From Squalus acanthias (taxonomy: Eukaryota), in assembly GCA_030390025.1 (NCBI GenBank), contig CM059432.1:91638001-91702000 (forward strand): 64,000 bases of DNA. The letters run 5' to 3'. This document shows positions 1 through 13,619 of the stretch, piece after piece (position 1 is the first letter of the stretch; every line of letters begins with the position of its first letter). The notes below the pieces were generated by a model. That model was not told the DNA's origin. It did not search any database and saw nothing but the letters and a program-made list of their open reading frames with translations. Position numbers and translations under genes: made by a program.

Positions 1-559
1 AAGTTCGTAGAGGTGACGTTAAGTCGGCGTTGCGCGCTGACTGGCATCACCCTCTCTTCATTTACATCTCCAGGGTCAGTCCTGCTATCGGCAGCGCAAA
101 GGCCCTCACCAAAATGGCGGCCGCCGAGTCCTGCACAAGAGAAGGGCACTAGAGTGGTGGTCACCATTTTTCGTCAGGATAGAGGCGCATCCGGGTGCCG
201 GTAAGTAGCCCAATTTTTCTGGACCCATGTTTTCAGAACAACTGGGGATGGGTAATAAATGCAGTTTTGTTAGTATTGTCCACATCCTGAGAATCATTTT
301 TTTTGAAGTACCTTAAGGAGACACAGGTTCCAACTAGTAAAAGGCAAATTTTAGCTGCTATCAGGAACTTCTTCTTCACAAAGAGTAATCAATACATGAA
401 TGGATTCCCAGATATAGTAGTGGAGATAACATCCTCAATTGGATGCCTCAATAGGAGGACCTTAGCTTTTTTATGGATGGATGAACTAAGATGAGCCGAA
501 TGGCCCGCCTCATCTGTAGTTAACTTATAAATGCATTCCTGCCATGCCATTAGTAACAG

Positions 560-1060
560 ACATTGCTTCCACATGACCATGCTCAGTGAAAAAACAGCCC
601 TAATGGTTCCAATGAGATCAGTGAATCCCTGAGAGATACATGTCTGTATCCCAGCCTCAAACGCTTGGGGGTCAGAAGAGTCAGGCCTCTCCAATCTGGC
701 ATCGCAGCCTCTTTGGCAGCAGTCTGAGCATCCGTGAAAGATGCACAGACTGCCCTAAAGGCCTCTGTCATGGAGACCTCCACTACACTTGTTCCAATGC
801 AGACTGCAGTAACCATCCATTAGGGTATGACAGATGCAGGTACTGGATTCCTCCAATTAATCTGCCACAGTGTCAAAAACTGTTCCTAATGTCTGTACAA
901 ATGTTTGATGCTCCGCAAGCATCCTTCTTTTAAAGGGCTTTCAACTCTCCTGCAGATCTCCCTGACATTCTTTGGGATACATAGTTCAATTAATTCTGGC
1001 AGAACAATTTTTGATGTGCTGGCTCCTTCAAGCTGCTGCACGCATTTAAATTCTGCAACA
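560..1060 (-). pseudogene. Highly decayed Harbinger Myb-like gene C-terminal remnant
   Basis: Minus-strand translation FKRRMLAEHQ...LEESST...DAQTAA resembles FRRRVMGMH...VEESAS...SQTAL in the 52098 element. Confidence 0.4.
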
Positions 1061-1521
1061 GCACATTCTTCCTGGCCCCCAAAACTCCAAACACCATCAT
1101 CGGGAGCTGATCGTAATATTAAAATTAGGCAGATCCTGGGAAATACAGAAGGTAGCCCAGTTCACTTCTGACGGACGGGAATTCTGCTCTGCTATTTTTG
1201 CCTGAGCAGTACAGTTTTGCTATATTTTGCATGTGCTCACTGCCAGAATTACCGCAGACAAGTAGATTCCCTCCGATGTTGTTTCCTAAAAAATTTTAAA
1301 TAAAGAGATGGAGACAGCATTGTCATAAATGAGATTTCAGAAATCTATACATCATTTACAGTGCATGATCAATAATTTACAGACTATTGCGATAGACCTA
1401 TAGAATACTAAGTCGCTCTCATGGGTATTTTAAGTAATTCAGCATGTAGAATAAGTGAAGGTTGTTACTGAACTGAACTCATTCAATGAATGTTGACAGT
1501 GAGGAGTATTTTGTCATTTAT

Positions 1522-2213
1522 CAATCCCCCACCATCAACATCCTGGGGGTCACCATTGACCAGAAACTTAACTGGACCAGCCACATAAATACGGTGGCAA
1601 CAAGAGCAGATCAAAGGCTGGGTATTCTGCGGCAAGTGTCTCACCTCCTGACTCCCCAAAGCCTTTCCACCATCTACAAGGCACAAGTAAGGAGTGTGAT
1701 GGAATACTCTCCACTTGCCTGGACGAGTGCAGCTGCAACAACACTCAAGAAGCTCGACACCATCCAGGACAAAGCAGCCCGCTTGATTGGCACCCCATCG
1801 ACCACCTTAAACATTCACTCCCTCCACCACCGGCGTACCGTGGCTGCAGTATGTACCATCTAAAGATGCACTGCAACAACTCGCCAAGGCTTCTTCGGCA
1901 GCACCTCCCAAACCCGCAACCTCTACCACCTAGAAGGACAAGGACAGCAGGCGCATGGGAACACCACCACCTCCAAGTTCCCCTCCAAGTCACACACCAT
2001 CCTGACTTAGAAGTATATCGCCAATCCTTCATCGTCGCTGGGTCAAAATCCTGGAACTCCCTCCCTAACAGCACTGTGGGAGTACCTTCACCACATGGAC
2101 TGCAGCGGTTCAAGAAGGCGGCTCACCACCACCTTCTCAAGGGCAATGAGGGATGGGCAATAAATACTGGCCTTGCCAGCGACGCCCACATCCCATATAT
2201 GAATTAAAAAAAA
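1522..2213 (+). mobile_element. 3' fragment of a CR1/L2-group LINE (family A)
   Basis: ILGVTIDQKLNW, YKAQVRSVMEYSPLAW; ends ...CCCACATCCCATATATGAATTAAAA. Confidence 0.85.
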
Positions 2214-4419
2214 CTGAAAAGCAATGAGTTCTATGCATCGGTGTGTGAACAAAATAACTCCTTTAAAATGTTTTGAAATAAACGTTGCAGCTCTCAGCAG
2301 TGTTTGTGCCACTGACTATTGATACTGGAATTCATTTGTAGAAGATACTTCCCACCATACATAACGATAAATCTATCTCTGGTAGATTAAAAATCTTATG
2401 TCTGTATGCACTTCCTGTCTGCATCACTTGATTTCCTGTAGTCACATTTTTGTCACACTTTTTGTGCTTTTTTTCATTCATTCATGGGATGTGGGCGTCG
2501 CTGGAACGGCCAGCATTTATTGCTCATCCCTAATTGCCCTGGAGAAGGTGGTGGTGGTGAGCCGCCTTCTTGAACCGTTGCAGTCCGTATGGTGAAGTTA
2601 CTCCCACAGTGCTGTTAGGGAGAGATTTCCAGGATTTTAACCCAGTGACGATGAAGGAATAGCGATATATTTCCAAGTCAAGATAGTGTGTGACTTGGAG
2701 GGGAACTTGGAGGTGATGGTCTTCCCATGCACCTGCTGCCCTTGTCCTTCTAGGCAGTAGAAGTCGGGGAGGTGCTGCCGAAGAAGCTTTGGCGAGTTGC
2801 TGTGGTGCATCTTGTAGATGGAACACACTGTAGCCACAGTGTGGCAGTGGTGGAGGGAGTGAATGTTTAAGGTGGTGGATGGGGTGCCAATCAAGCGGGC
2901 TGCTTTGTCCTGGGTGGTGTCGAGCTTCTTGAGTGTTGTTGGAGCTGCACTCATCCAAGCAAGTGGAGAGTATTCCATCACACTCCTGACTTGTGCCTTG
3001 TAGATGGCGGAAAGGCTTTTGGGAGTCCTGGAGTTGAGATGATGGGCCTCCAAAAACCACAATAATCTCCCTTTGTGCTAGGTATGACTCCAGCCAGTGA
3101 AGAGCTTGCCCCCTGATTCCCATTGACTTCAATTTTACTAGGGCTTCTTGATGCCACACATGGTCAAATGCTGCCTTAATGTTCAGGGCAGTCACTCACC
3201 TCACTTCTGGAATTCAGTTCTTTTGTCCATGTTTCGACAAAGGCTGTAATGAGGTCTGGAGCTGAGTGGTCCTGGCGGATCCTAAACTGAGCATCAGTGA
3301 GCAGGTTGTTGGTGAGTAAGTGCCACTTGATAGCACTGTCGACGATATCTTCCATCACTTTGTTGATGATTGAGAGTAGACTGATGGGGCGGTAATTGCC
3401 GGATTGGATTTGTCCTGCTTTTTGTGGACAGGACATACCTGGGCAATTTTTCACATTGTCGGGTAGATGCCAGTGTTGTTGCTGTACTGGAACAGCTTGG
3501 CTAGAGGCACGGCTAGTTCTGGAGCACAAGTCTTCAGCACGACAGCCGGGGTGTTGTCAGGGCCCATAGCCTTTGCTGTATCCAGTGTGCTCAGCCATTT
3601 CTTGATATCACGTGGAGTAAATCGTATTGGCTGAAGACTGGTTTTTGTGATGGTGGGGACCTCAGGAGGAGGCCGAGATGGATCATCCACTCGGCACATC
3701 TGGCTGAAGATTGTTGCAAACACTTCAGCCTTGTCTTTTACACGCACGTGCTGGACTCCGCCATCATTGAGATTGGGGTTGTTTGTGGAGCCTCCTCCTC
3801 CCATTAATTGTTTAATTGTCCACCACCATTCACAACTAGATGCGGTAGGACTGCAGAGCTTTGATCTGATCCTTTAGTTGTGGGATCGCTTAGCTCTGAA
3901 TGCATGTAGCCCTGTGTTGCAGCTTCCCAGGTTGGTACCTCATTTTTAGATTCCCCTGGTGCTGCTCCTGGCATGCTCTTCTACACTCCTCACTGAACCA
4001 GGGTTGGTCCCCTGGTTTGATGGTAATGGTAGAGTGAGGGATATGCCGGGCCATGAGGTTACAGATTGTGGTGGAATACAATTCTGCTGCTGCTGATGCC
4101 CCACAGCACCTCATGGATGCCCAGTTTTGGGCTGCTAGATCTGATCTGAATCTATCCCATTTAGCACGGTGGTAGTGCCACACAACACGATGGAGGGTGT
4201 CCTCAGTGTGAAGACGGGACTGTCATGGACAGATACATCTGCGTCAGGTAAATTGATGTGGACGAAGTCAAATAGGTTTTTTCCTCATGTTGGTTCTCTC
4301 ACCACCTGCCTCAGCGCAGTCTGGCAGCTATGTCCTTCAGGACTCAGCCAGCTAGGTCAGTGGTGGTGCTACCGAGCCACTCTTAGTGATGGACATTGAA
4401 GTCCCCCAACCAGAGTACA

Positions 4420-6815
4420 CTGGTATGGAAGGTGGCATCGTCAGAGCAGATGCGGCAGAGATGGAGAAACTGGGAGAATGGAATAGAGTCTTTACAGGAA
4501 GCGGGGTGGGAGGAAGTGTAGTCCAGGTAGCTGTGGGAGTCGGTGGGCTTGTAGTGAATGTTTGTCAATAACCTATCCCCAGAGATGGAGACAGAGAAGT
4601 CGAGGAAGGGAAGGGAAGAGTCGGAGATGGACCGTGTGAAGATGAGGGAAGGGTGGAAATTGGAAGCAAAGTGAAAGAAATTATCTAGTTCAGGGCGAGA
4701 GCAGGAAACGGCACCGATACAGTCATAAATGTACTGGAAAAAGAGGTGAGGGAGGGGACCTGAGTAGGACTGGAACAAAGAATGTTCCACATATCCCACG
4801 AAAAGACAGGCATGGCTGGGACCCATGTGGGTTCCCGTAGCAACACCTTTAATTTGGAGGAAGTGAGTGGAGTCAAAGGAGAAGTTGTTCAATGTGAGAA
4901 CAAGTTCAGCCAGGCGAAGGAGGGTGGTGGTGGATGGGAACTGGTTGGGCCTCTGTTCAAGGAAGAAGTGGAGCGCCCTCAGGCCATCCTGGTGGGGCAT
5001 GGAGGTGTAGAGGGATTGGATGTCCATAGTGAAAAGGAGGCAGTTGGGGCCGGGAAACTGGAAACTGTTAAAGTGACGGAGGGCGTCGGAAGAGTCGCGG
5101 ATGTAGGTGGGAAGAGACTGGACAAGGGGAGAAAAAATAGAGTCGAGATAGGAAGAGATAAGTTCCGTTGAACAAGAACAGGCTGAAACGAAGGGTCTAC
5201 CAGGGCAGCCCTGTTTGTGGATCTTGGGAAGGAGGTAGAAGCGGGCTGTGCGGGGTTGGGGAATTATGAGGTTGGCGGCCATGGAGGGAAGATCTCCAGA
5301 GGAGATGAGGTCAGTGCCGGTCTTGGAAACCGTGGCTTGATGTTCGGTAGTGGGGTCATGGTCCAGGCGGAGGTAGGAGGAGGTGTCGGAGAGTTGGCGT
5401 TCAGCATCCGCTAGGTAGAGGTTGGTTCGCCAAACAACAACAACACCACCCTTGTCAGCAGGTTTAATGACAATGTTGGGGTTGGATCTGAGAGAATGGA
5501 GTGCTGCAAGTTCAGAGGGAGGTAGGTTGGAGTGAGTGAGGGGAGCAGAGAAATTGAGACGGCCGATGTCACGCCGGCAGTTTGCAATGAAAAGATCTAG
5601 AGAGGTTAAGAGGCCAGAGGGAAGGGTCCAGGTAGAACGAGAATTCTGAAAACGGGAGAAAGGGTCAGCTGTGCGGGGGGAAGACTCCTGGCCAAAGAAG
5701 TGGGCTCGGAGGCGAAGGCGACGGAAAAAGAGCTCAGCATCGTGCCGAGCTCAAAATTCATTGAGATGAGGGCGTAAGGGGATGAAGCTCAGGTCTTGGC
5801 TATGGACTGATCGTTCGAGGTCAGAGAGGGGTTGGGCAGAGGGGATAGTGAAGACACGGCAGGGGATGAGATTGGAAGAAGGGATGCGGTCAGAGGAAAG
5901 TGAAGGGGAAGAAGGTTCGGGAGGGGTGTTGGTGTACAAGAGTTGTTGAAGCTTGCGATCCTTGACACCTGAAAGGATGAAAAAAAGTTTTTTGTTAAAG
6001 CGCCAGATGAGGCGATGGATGAAATGGAACTGTGGACCAGGACAGCTTTGAGATAGAGTGAGTCGGTGCTGCTGAAGAGAGAGGTCGAGAGTGTTCATGT
6101 GGCGGCGCATGGCATTCAGCGTGGATCTCAGGATATGGCGAGAGCAGTGGTTCGAGGAACGCTGAATATCTTGGAGATCTCTGTAGTCCTGGGTGGATCC
6201 AAAACATGAGGGGTGGAATTTCAGTTGGAATCCACATGGAGTAAGTCGGAGCTGGAGACAGTTGCTGAGGAAAGATATGTGGCTGTGAAAGCGAGTTTTG
6301 GTAGATACCTGATCAAACACGAGAAGGGAGACAGAAAGCAATGAAGATGAAGAAGGTAAACGAGACAAACAGAAATCCCGTCGGAGAGAAGAGCAGAACT
6401 TCTTCAAGGTGGGCATTCTTAGAAGAGAAGTGGCAGTGAATTAAACACTAATATAAAAGCAAAATACTGCGGATGCTGGAAATACTCAGTTGGTCAGGCA
6501 GCATCTGTGGAGAGAGAAACAGAGTTAACGTTTCAGGTCGATGACCCTTCGTCAGAACTGGAAAAAGCTGAAGATCGAACAGGTTTTTAAGCAAGTGCAG
6601 GGGCAGGGAAAGAGGGGAGGGGAGGAAAGAACAAAAGGGAAGGTCTGTGATAGGATGGAAGGCAGGAGAGATTAAGAGACATTAAGAGATGGTGCAAGGC
6701 AAAAGGAGATGGTAATGGGACAAGTTAAGAAACAAAAGATGGCTCTAGATGAAGTGTAAATGGCACTGGCAGAATGAAAGACAGCTGCCATGTGGGAGAG
6801 AGAGAAAAAAAACTA
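4420..6815 (-). mobile_element. Penelope-like retroelement, decayed, 3'-truncated (RT present, GIY-YIG not seen)
   Basis: RFYLLPKIHK, GRP, LFTMDIQSLYT, NNFSF, GVATGTHMGPS and YKPTDSHSYL motifs typical of PLE RT; pseudo-LTR with a hammerhead at 6521-6561. Confidence 0.85.
6521..6561 (-). ncRNA. Minimal hammerhead ribozyme motif in the Penelope pseudo-LTR
   Basis: Minus strand reads AGTT-CTGACGA-AGGGTCATCGACCT-GAAACGTT-AACT: conserved CUGANGA and GAAA cores, stem I AGTT/AACT, stem II, palindromic AACGTT. Confidence 0.75.
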
Positions 6816-7127
6816 TGTCAGGCTGTTGCTTGACTAGTCTGTGGGACAGCTCTCCAATTTTGGTACAAGTGCCCAGATGTTAGTGAGGAGGACTTTGCAG
6901 GGTTGACTGGGCTGGGTATGCCTTTGACATGTCCGAAGCCAGTGCCTAGTTCGATGCTGGGTAGTCTGTCCGGTTTTATTCTTATTATTGTTTCTTGTAG
7001 TGGTTTTGTACAACTGAGTGGCTTGTTAGGCCATTTCACAGGGCAGTTAAGAGTCAACCACATCGCTGTAGGTCTGGAGTCACATGTAGGACAGACCAGG
7101 TAAAGACAGCAAATTTCCTTCCCTAAA

Positions 7128-8292
7128 TATGGACTTCCAGCAGGTATTTGATAAAATATCTCATAAGAGACTGTTAGCTAAAGTTTAAGCTCATAGATTG
7201 AAGGCAAATTATTGACCTGGTTAGAAATTGGCTGAGCGGCAGGAGACAGAGGGTAGGGATAATGGGCAGGTACTCTAATTGGCAGGATCTGACTAGTGTT
7301 GTCCCACAAGGACCTGTGTTGGGGCCTCAACTATTCACCGTATTTATTAATGACTTAGATGATGGGATAGAAAGCCACATATCCAAGTTTGCCAATGACA
7401 CAAAGATAGGCGGCATTGTAAGCAGTGTAGATGGAAGCATAAAATTACAAAGAGAGATTAATAGATTAAGCAAACGGGCAAAACTGTGGCAAATAGATTT
7501 CAATGTAAGCGAATGTGAGATCATCCACTTTGGACCTAAAAAGGAGAGAACAGATTACTTTCTAAATGGTGAAAAGCTAGAAACAGTGGAGGTCCAAAGG
7601 GGCTTGGGGGTCCATGTACATAGATCATTAAAATGTCATGGACAGGTACAGAAAATAATCAAAAACACTAATGGAATGCTGGACTTTATGTCTAGAGGAC
7701 TAGAAAACAAGGGGGTGCAAGTTATACTATACAAAGCCCCTGGTTAGACTACACCTGGAGTACTGTGAGAAGTCTGGGCACCACACCTTAGGAAGGATAT
7801 ATTGGCCTTAGAGGGAGTACAGCACAGATTTACCAGAATGACACCTGGACTCCAAGGGTTAAATTATAGGATTACATAAACTAGGGTTGTAGTCCCTGGA
7901 ATTTTTAAGGTTAAGGGATGATCTGATCGAAGTTTTCAAGATACTAAGGGAAACTGATCGGGTAGATAGAGAGAAACTATTTCCCCTGGTTAGGGAATCT
8001 AGGACTAGGAGGCATGGTCTAAAAATTAGAGCCAGACCTTTTAGGAGTGAAATTAGGAAGCACTTTTACACACAAAGGGTGGTAGAAGTTTGGAACTCTC
8101 TTTCACAAAGGCAATTGATGCTAAGACAATTGTTAATTTTAAATTTGAGATTGATAGATTTTTAAACAAATGTATTAAGGGATATGGGCCAAAGGCAGGT
8201 ATATGGAGTTAGGTCACAAATCAACCATGATCTCATTGAATGGTGGAACAGGCTCGAGGGACTACATGGCCTACTCTTATTCCTATGTTCCT
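7128..8292 (+). mobile_element. 5'-truncated CR1 LINE, decayed
   Basis: VVPQGPVLGPQLF and SKFANDTK motifs; CR1 3' tail ...ATGGCCTACTCTTATTCCTATGTTCCT. Confidence 0.85.
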
Positions 8293-8679
8293 AGAAGGTT
8301 GATCATGTTGAGTGGAGCGAGGCAGTAGAGTGATTTGAAGATGATAACAAAGATTTTGAAATGTATTCATTTGTGCACAGCGAGATGGGAGGTAACGGGC
8401 ACAGAGGAAGTTGTGTAGAGGACGATACGGAGTTCAGGATTAGCTGAACTTGGTGAAAGTCGGAGGATGGTGAGTAGACCATTTAAACTCAATACAGGCC
8501 TGTTTAAGGCTTCAGCAACAGTGAGGAAGAGGTAGTTGTGGTGGACAGGTGAAAAAGCTCAGCTTAGGGTCAACAAGATTCCATGGAATTACCAGTGCAG
8601 TCTGCTGGAGATAAGCTGTGCAAGAGAATTTAGTGGTCAAAATGCTGATGTGGTCAGAGAGGAACAATAGCCATGGTTA

Positions 8680-8795
8680 TAAGAAAGAAAGACTTGCATT
8701 TATATAGTGCCTTTCACGACCACCGGACATCCCAAAGCACTTTACAGCCAATGAAGCACTTTTGAAGTGTAATCACTGTTGTAATGTAGGAAATA
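8680..8795 (-). mobile_element. Deu-domain/SacSINE-type SINE 3' fragment
   Basis: AAGAAAGACTTGCATTTATATAG...CCCAAAGCACTTTACAGCCAAT tail; related copies on plus at ~9710-9808 and ~49000-49170. Confidence 0.6.
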
Positions 8796-10669
8796 ATCAC
8801 ACAGGATGTCCCTGGTGCCTTTGAGCAGGTAAAATCGGTATTATGAGTGGGTCGGAAAGCAGGGGGAAGTGACTCAAACAAGAATGGTGAAAGAGCTGAC
8901 CACATTTTTGGGTCTTGATGGTGCAGTCAAAGACCTTGGAGAATAGGATAGGTAAGAGCTGGAATGGTAGTTTGAGAAAATAGAGGGGGTGAGTGGTGAG
9001 GGGGTGGGGCGGCATTTAAGAAGCAGGATGGTGACAGCTTTGAAAAAGGTGGTGAAAGAAATGCCAGAGGATGGGCTATGGATGACAATGGGGCTGGGAA
9101 GTTGGGTAGTCAGGAGATGGGTTAGAAGGGGCTCAAATGGGAATATGATGGACTTCACGGAGGAGATGAATTTGAAGAGATTTGGAAAAACTCTAGAACA
9201 GGGATGCCCAATTTTTTTGTCTTTGTGAGCTGCATAGGCGTGTATCATGGAGCCTTGGAGGCCACATGTAGGGAGTGATCTTTAACTTCTGCCCAGAGTC
9301 ATACTAAGTCATCGAAGTGGCCTTGCCGCCCACAAAAAGCTGTCGCTAGGAGGACCAAACTATTTTCAGGTTCGGTCCACATTGAAATACCGCTGGCATT
9401 CTGTGGGCACTAAAAAAGGGACCCATTGCAGCTCGTTAGTAGCGGGAAGGCAGGAATCAGCCAACTCCCACGCTGGGGCTGGCAGAAATTGGTGTTCAGA
9501 TTTAGAAATTATCCACCAGTGAGCCAACAGCACCAAAAATAACCTTTTACACAACACCAGGCCCACAAAATTCAAACAAGGCAAATCAGGGAATGAGAAA
9601 CTTACGCCGGTATAAGACTGAGCTGCTTGGGCTTTGAGGATTGAACTGCTAGATCTTGGGGTCTGTCAATATATGGGAAATACACACATATTTATATATA
9701 GGCTGCCAAGTTTACCTGCATAACAACAGTCACTGCACTTTACAATAGCATAATTGAAGTGCTTTAATATGTCCTGACAGATACTATTAAATGCAAGTTC
9801 TTTCTTGTTCCTTCAGGGACTTTGTCTTGAAGCAAGGTTACTTTGTCTTTTGTCTGATTTCACTGTTGGAGTGCTGCAGGAAGCAAATGTAGGGGGCTCC
9901 CAGACTGATCTTTGCTTCAAAATGCCAATGGTATGTTCTATGATGTTCCTGGTGATCTCTTGGCTCTCTTTGTACTTGTGTTGTTCAGGCAAAGTAGCTT
10001 TGCGCATGGGTGTCATCAGCCATGTATGTAGAAGGTATCCCTTGCCCCTAGCAGCCGTCCTCTGACGTTCGTGGCTGGGTGGTAAAGTGGGGGTGTGGGG
10101 GGGGGGAAGATGGATGAAATTTTCAGAATTAAGGCGTTACAGCAGCTGCCAGCAATACTGGCAACACTTGCAATTCCCTTCTGCAGTTATCACACACCAG
10201 TTCAACATTGATGGAGTGGAAGCCCTGTTCACATAAGCTGCTGGCTCATATTCTAGTGCCCTGATAGCTACATGAGTGCAGTCTACAATGCCCTGGACAC
10301 GAGGGAAGCTGACCACTGCTGCAAATCCCACAGACCTCTCATTCTGTCTGTTGGCATCCATCGCAAAGGTAATGTACTGGTTTTCTCTGATAAGGAGGCC
10401 ATTGGTAACATGCTTGATGCAGCTGTTCACTGTAGACTGGGAAATGCAGGTGATGTCATCTGTAGCAGCCTTGAAGGAACCTGTGATGACTTTGACAGCC
10501 ACTAGCAAAACATGGCCCGCTGGTCCCTACAATAGGCTGTATAGGTCAGCAACTGTCTGCCTGGTGAAACATAGAAACATAGAAACATAGAAAATAGGTG
10601 CAGGAGTAGACCATTCGGTCCTTCGAGCCTGCACCGCCATTTAATGCGTTCATGGCTGAACATGCTACC

Positions 10670-12982
10670 TCAGTACCCCATTCCTGCTTTCTCGCCATAC
10701 CCCTTGATCCCCCTAGTTGTGAGTATTATATCTAACTCCCTTTTGAATATATTTAGCGAACTGGCCTCAACAACCTTCTGTGGTAGAGAATTCCACAGAT
10801 TCACCACTCTCTGGGTGAAGAAGTTCCTCCTCATCTCAGTCTTAAATGGCTTCCCCTTTATCCTTAGACTGTGACCCCTGGTTTTAGTTTTCCCTAACAT
10901 TGGAAACATTCTGCCCGCATCTAATTTGTCTAAACCAGTCAGGATTTTAAACGTCTCTATAAGATTCCCCCTCATTCTTCTGAACTCCAGAGGATACAAG
11001 TTCAGTTGATCCAGTCTTTCTTGATATGTCAGTCTGGCCATCCCAGGAATCAATCTAGTGAACCTTCGTTGCACTCCCTCAATAGCAAGAATGTCCTTCC
11101 TCAAGTGAGGAGACCAAAACTGCACACAATACTCCAGGTGTGGCCTCACCAAGGCCCTGTACAACTGTAGCATCACCTCCCTACTCCTGTACTCAAATCC
11201 CCTTGCTATGAAGGCCATCATGCCATTTGCTTTCTTGACTGCCTGCTGCACTTGCCTTCCCACCTTCAGTGACTGATGTACCATGACGCCCAGGTCTCGT
11301 TGCACCTCCCCTTTCCCTAATCTGCCACCATTCAGGTAATAGTCTGCCTCCCTATTTTTACCACCAAAGTGGATAACCTCACATTTATCCACATTGTACT
11401 TCATCTGCCATACATTTGCCCATTCACCCAACCTGTCCAAGTCACTCTGTAGCCTCCTAGCATCCTCCTCATTGTTCACACTGCCTCCCAATTTAGTGTC
11501 ATTCGTAAATTTGGAGATATTACAATTAATCCCTTCGTCCAAATCATTAATATATAATGTAAACAGCTGGGGCCCCAGCACCGAACCCTGCGGTACCCCG
11601 CTGGTCACTGCCTGCCATTCTGAAAAGTACCCATTTACTCCGACTCTTTGTTTCCTGTGTGCCAACCAGTTCTCAATCCACGTCAACACATTACCCCCAA
11701 TCCCATGTGCTTTAACTTTGCACACCAATCTCTTGTGTGGGACCTTGTCGAAGGCTTCTGAAAGTCCAAATACACCACATCTACTGGTTCCCCCCCGTCC
11801 ACCCTATTGGAAACATCCTCAAAAAATTCCAGAAGATTTGTCAAGCATGATTTCCCTTTCACAAATCCATGCTGACTTGGACCTATCATGTCGCCACTTT
11901 CCAAATGGTCTGTTATGACATCTTTAATAATTGATTCCATCATTTTACCCACCACCGATGTCAGGCTGACCGGTCTATAATTCCTTGCTTTCTCCCTCCC
12001 TCCTTTTTTAAAAAGAGGGGTTACATTAGCCACCCTCCACTCCTTCGGAACTGATCCAGAGTCTAAGGAATGTTGGAAAATGATCGTCAATGCATCCACT
12101 ATTTCCAAGGCCACCTCCTTAAGTACTCTGGGATGCAGACCATCAGGCCCTGGGGATTTATCAGCCTTCAGTCCCATCAATTTCCCCAACACCTTTTCCC
12201 GACTGATAAGGATTTCCCTCAGCTCCTCCCTCTTACCAGATCCTTTGATCTCTTTTATTTCCGGAAGGTTGTTTGTGTCCTCCACAGTAAACACCGAACC
12301 AAAGTACTTGTTCAATTGATCTGCCATTTCTTTGTTCCCCATTATGACTTCCCCTGTTTCTGACTGCAGGGGACCTACGTTTGTTTTTACTAACCTCTTT
12401 CTTTTTACATATTTATAGAAGCTTTTGCAGTCCGTTTTAATGTTCTCCGCAAGCTTCCTTTCATATTTTATTTTCCCTGCCCTAATCAAACCCTTCGTCC
12501 TCCTCTGCTGAGTTTTAAAGTTCTCCCAGTCCCCGGGTTTGCTGCTACTTCTGGCCAATTTGTATGCCACTTCCTTGCTTTTAATACTATCCCTGATTTC
12601 CCTTGTTAGCCATGGTTGAGCCACCTTCCCTTTTTTATTTTTACGCCAGACAGGGATGTACAATTGCTGTAGTTCATCCATGCGATCTCTAAATGTCTGC
12701 CATTGCCCTTCCACTGATAACTCCTTAAATATCGCTTGCCAATCTAACCTCGCCAATTCACGCCTCATACCCTCAAAGTTGCCCTTATTTAAGTTCTGGA
12801 CCATGGTCTCTGAATTAACTGTTTCCTTCTCCATCCTAATGTAGAACTCCACCATACTATGGTCACTCTTCCCCAAGGGGCGTCGCACCACAAGATTGCT
12901 GATTAGTCCTTCCTCATTACACAACACCCAGTCCAGGATGGCCTCCCCTCTAGTTGGTTCCTCAACATATTGGTTTAGGAAA
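10670..12982 (-). pseudogene. CR1 ORF2 remainder (reverse transcriptase), one frameshift near 11755, catalytic motif degenerate (KFTND)
   Basis: KSPGPDG, NYRPVSLTS, QHGF, YLDFQK, GVPQGSVLGP and YCVQFWSP motifs across the 414-aa and 352-aa ORFs. Confidence 0.9.
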
Positions 12983-13405
12983 GCGGGGAAGGAGGAGCGG
13001 ACCTGGTTGGAGCGGCGGTGAGTCGATAAAGGGAGCCCCGAGGCTCAGGTAGGCCTCACACCAGCGTCGACAGCGGCGGAGGAGGAGCCTTTCTTTCTTC
13101 CACAGAGCGGTCGGCAGCGGGGAAGGAGGAGCGGACCTGGTTGGAGCGGCGGGAGCGGCGGCGAGTCGATAATGGGAGCCCCGAGGCTCAGGTAGGCCTC
13201 ACACCAGCGTCGACAGCGGCAGAGGAGGAGCCTTTCTTTCTTCCACAGAGCGGTCGGCAGCGGGGAAGGAGGAGCGGACCTGGTTGGAGCGGCGGGGAGT
13301 CGATAAAGGGAGCCCCGAGGCTCAGGTAGGCCTCACACCAGCATCGACAGCGGCGGAGGAGGAGCCTTTCTTTCTTCCACAGAGCGGTCGGCAGCGGGGA
13401 AGGAG
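12983..13405 (+). repeat. Tandem ~134-143 bp GC/CpG-rich monomers (3 full plus a partial) forming the CR1 5'UTR
   Basis: Units start GCGGGGAAGGAGGAGCGGACC at 12983, 13117 and 13260; a partial unit starts at 13394. Confidence 0.9.
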
Positions 13406-13619
13406 CTTCGCGGGCTTTTTCAAAGTCAGAGGGCGGGGCCAATTCATTGGTACCCGTATATAGGTGGAGCTGTTGCTAAGCCCGAGACACTACACTCGTA
13501 GTGTCTCCCACCCTCCCACCTCTTCTAACCTTTAGAGGTAGAGGGAATTTAAAAGGTAGGTTCAATTTATATTTTGTTTTCAGGGACTTAACTTAATAAA
13601 GTAATATAAGGGTTAAGTC

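Larger units (their letters stand above)
2470..7125 (-). mobile_element. Family-A LINE, near full length, with internal deletions and a Penelope insertion
   Basis: EN (GDFNVHH), KAMGPD, NYRPISLLS and C-terminal motifs on minus; 5' end matches the copy at 49380; (ATTC)n tail at ~2472. Confidence 0.8.

Noticed and set aside
12983..13405. CRISPR-like array
   Set aside because: Contiguous tandem units without unique spacers, eukaryotic context and no cas genes.
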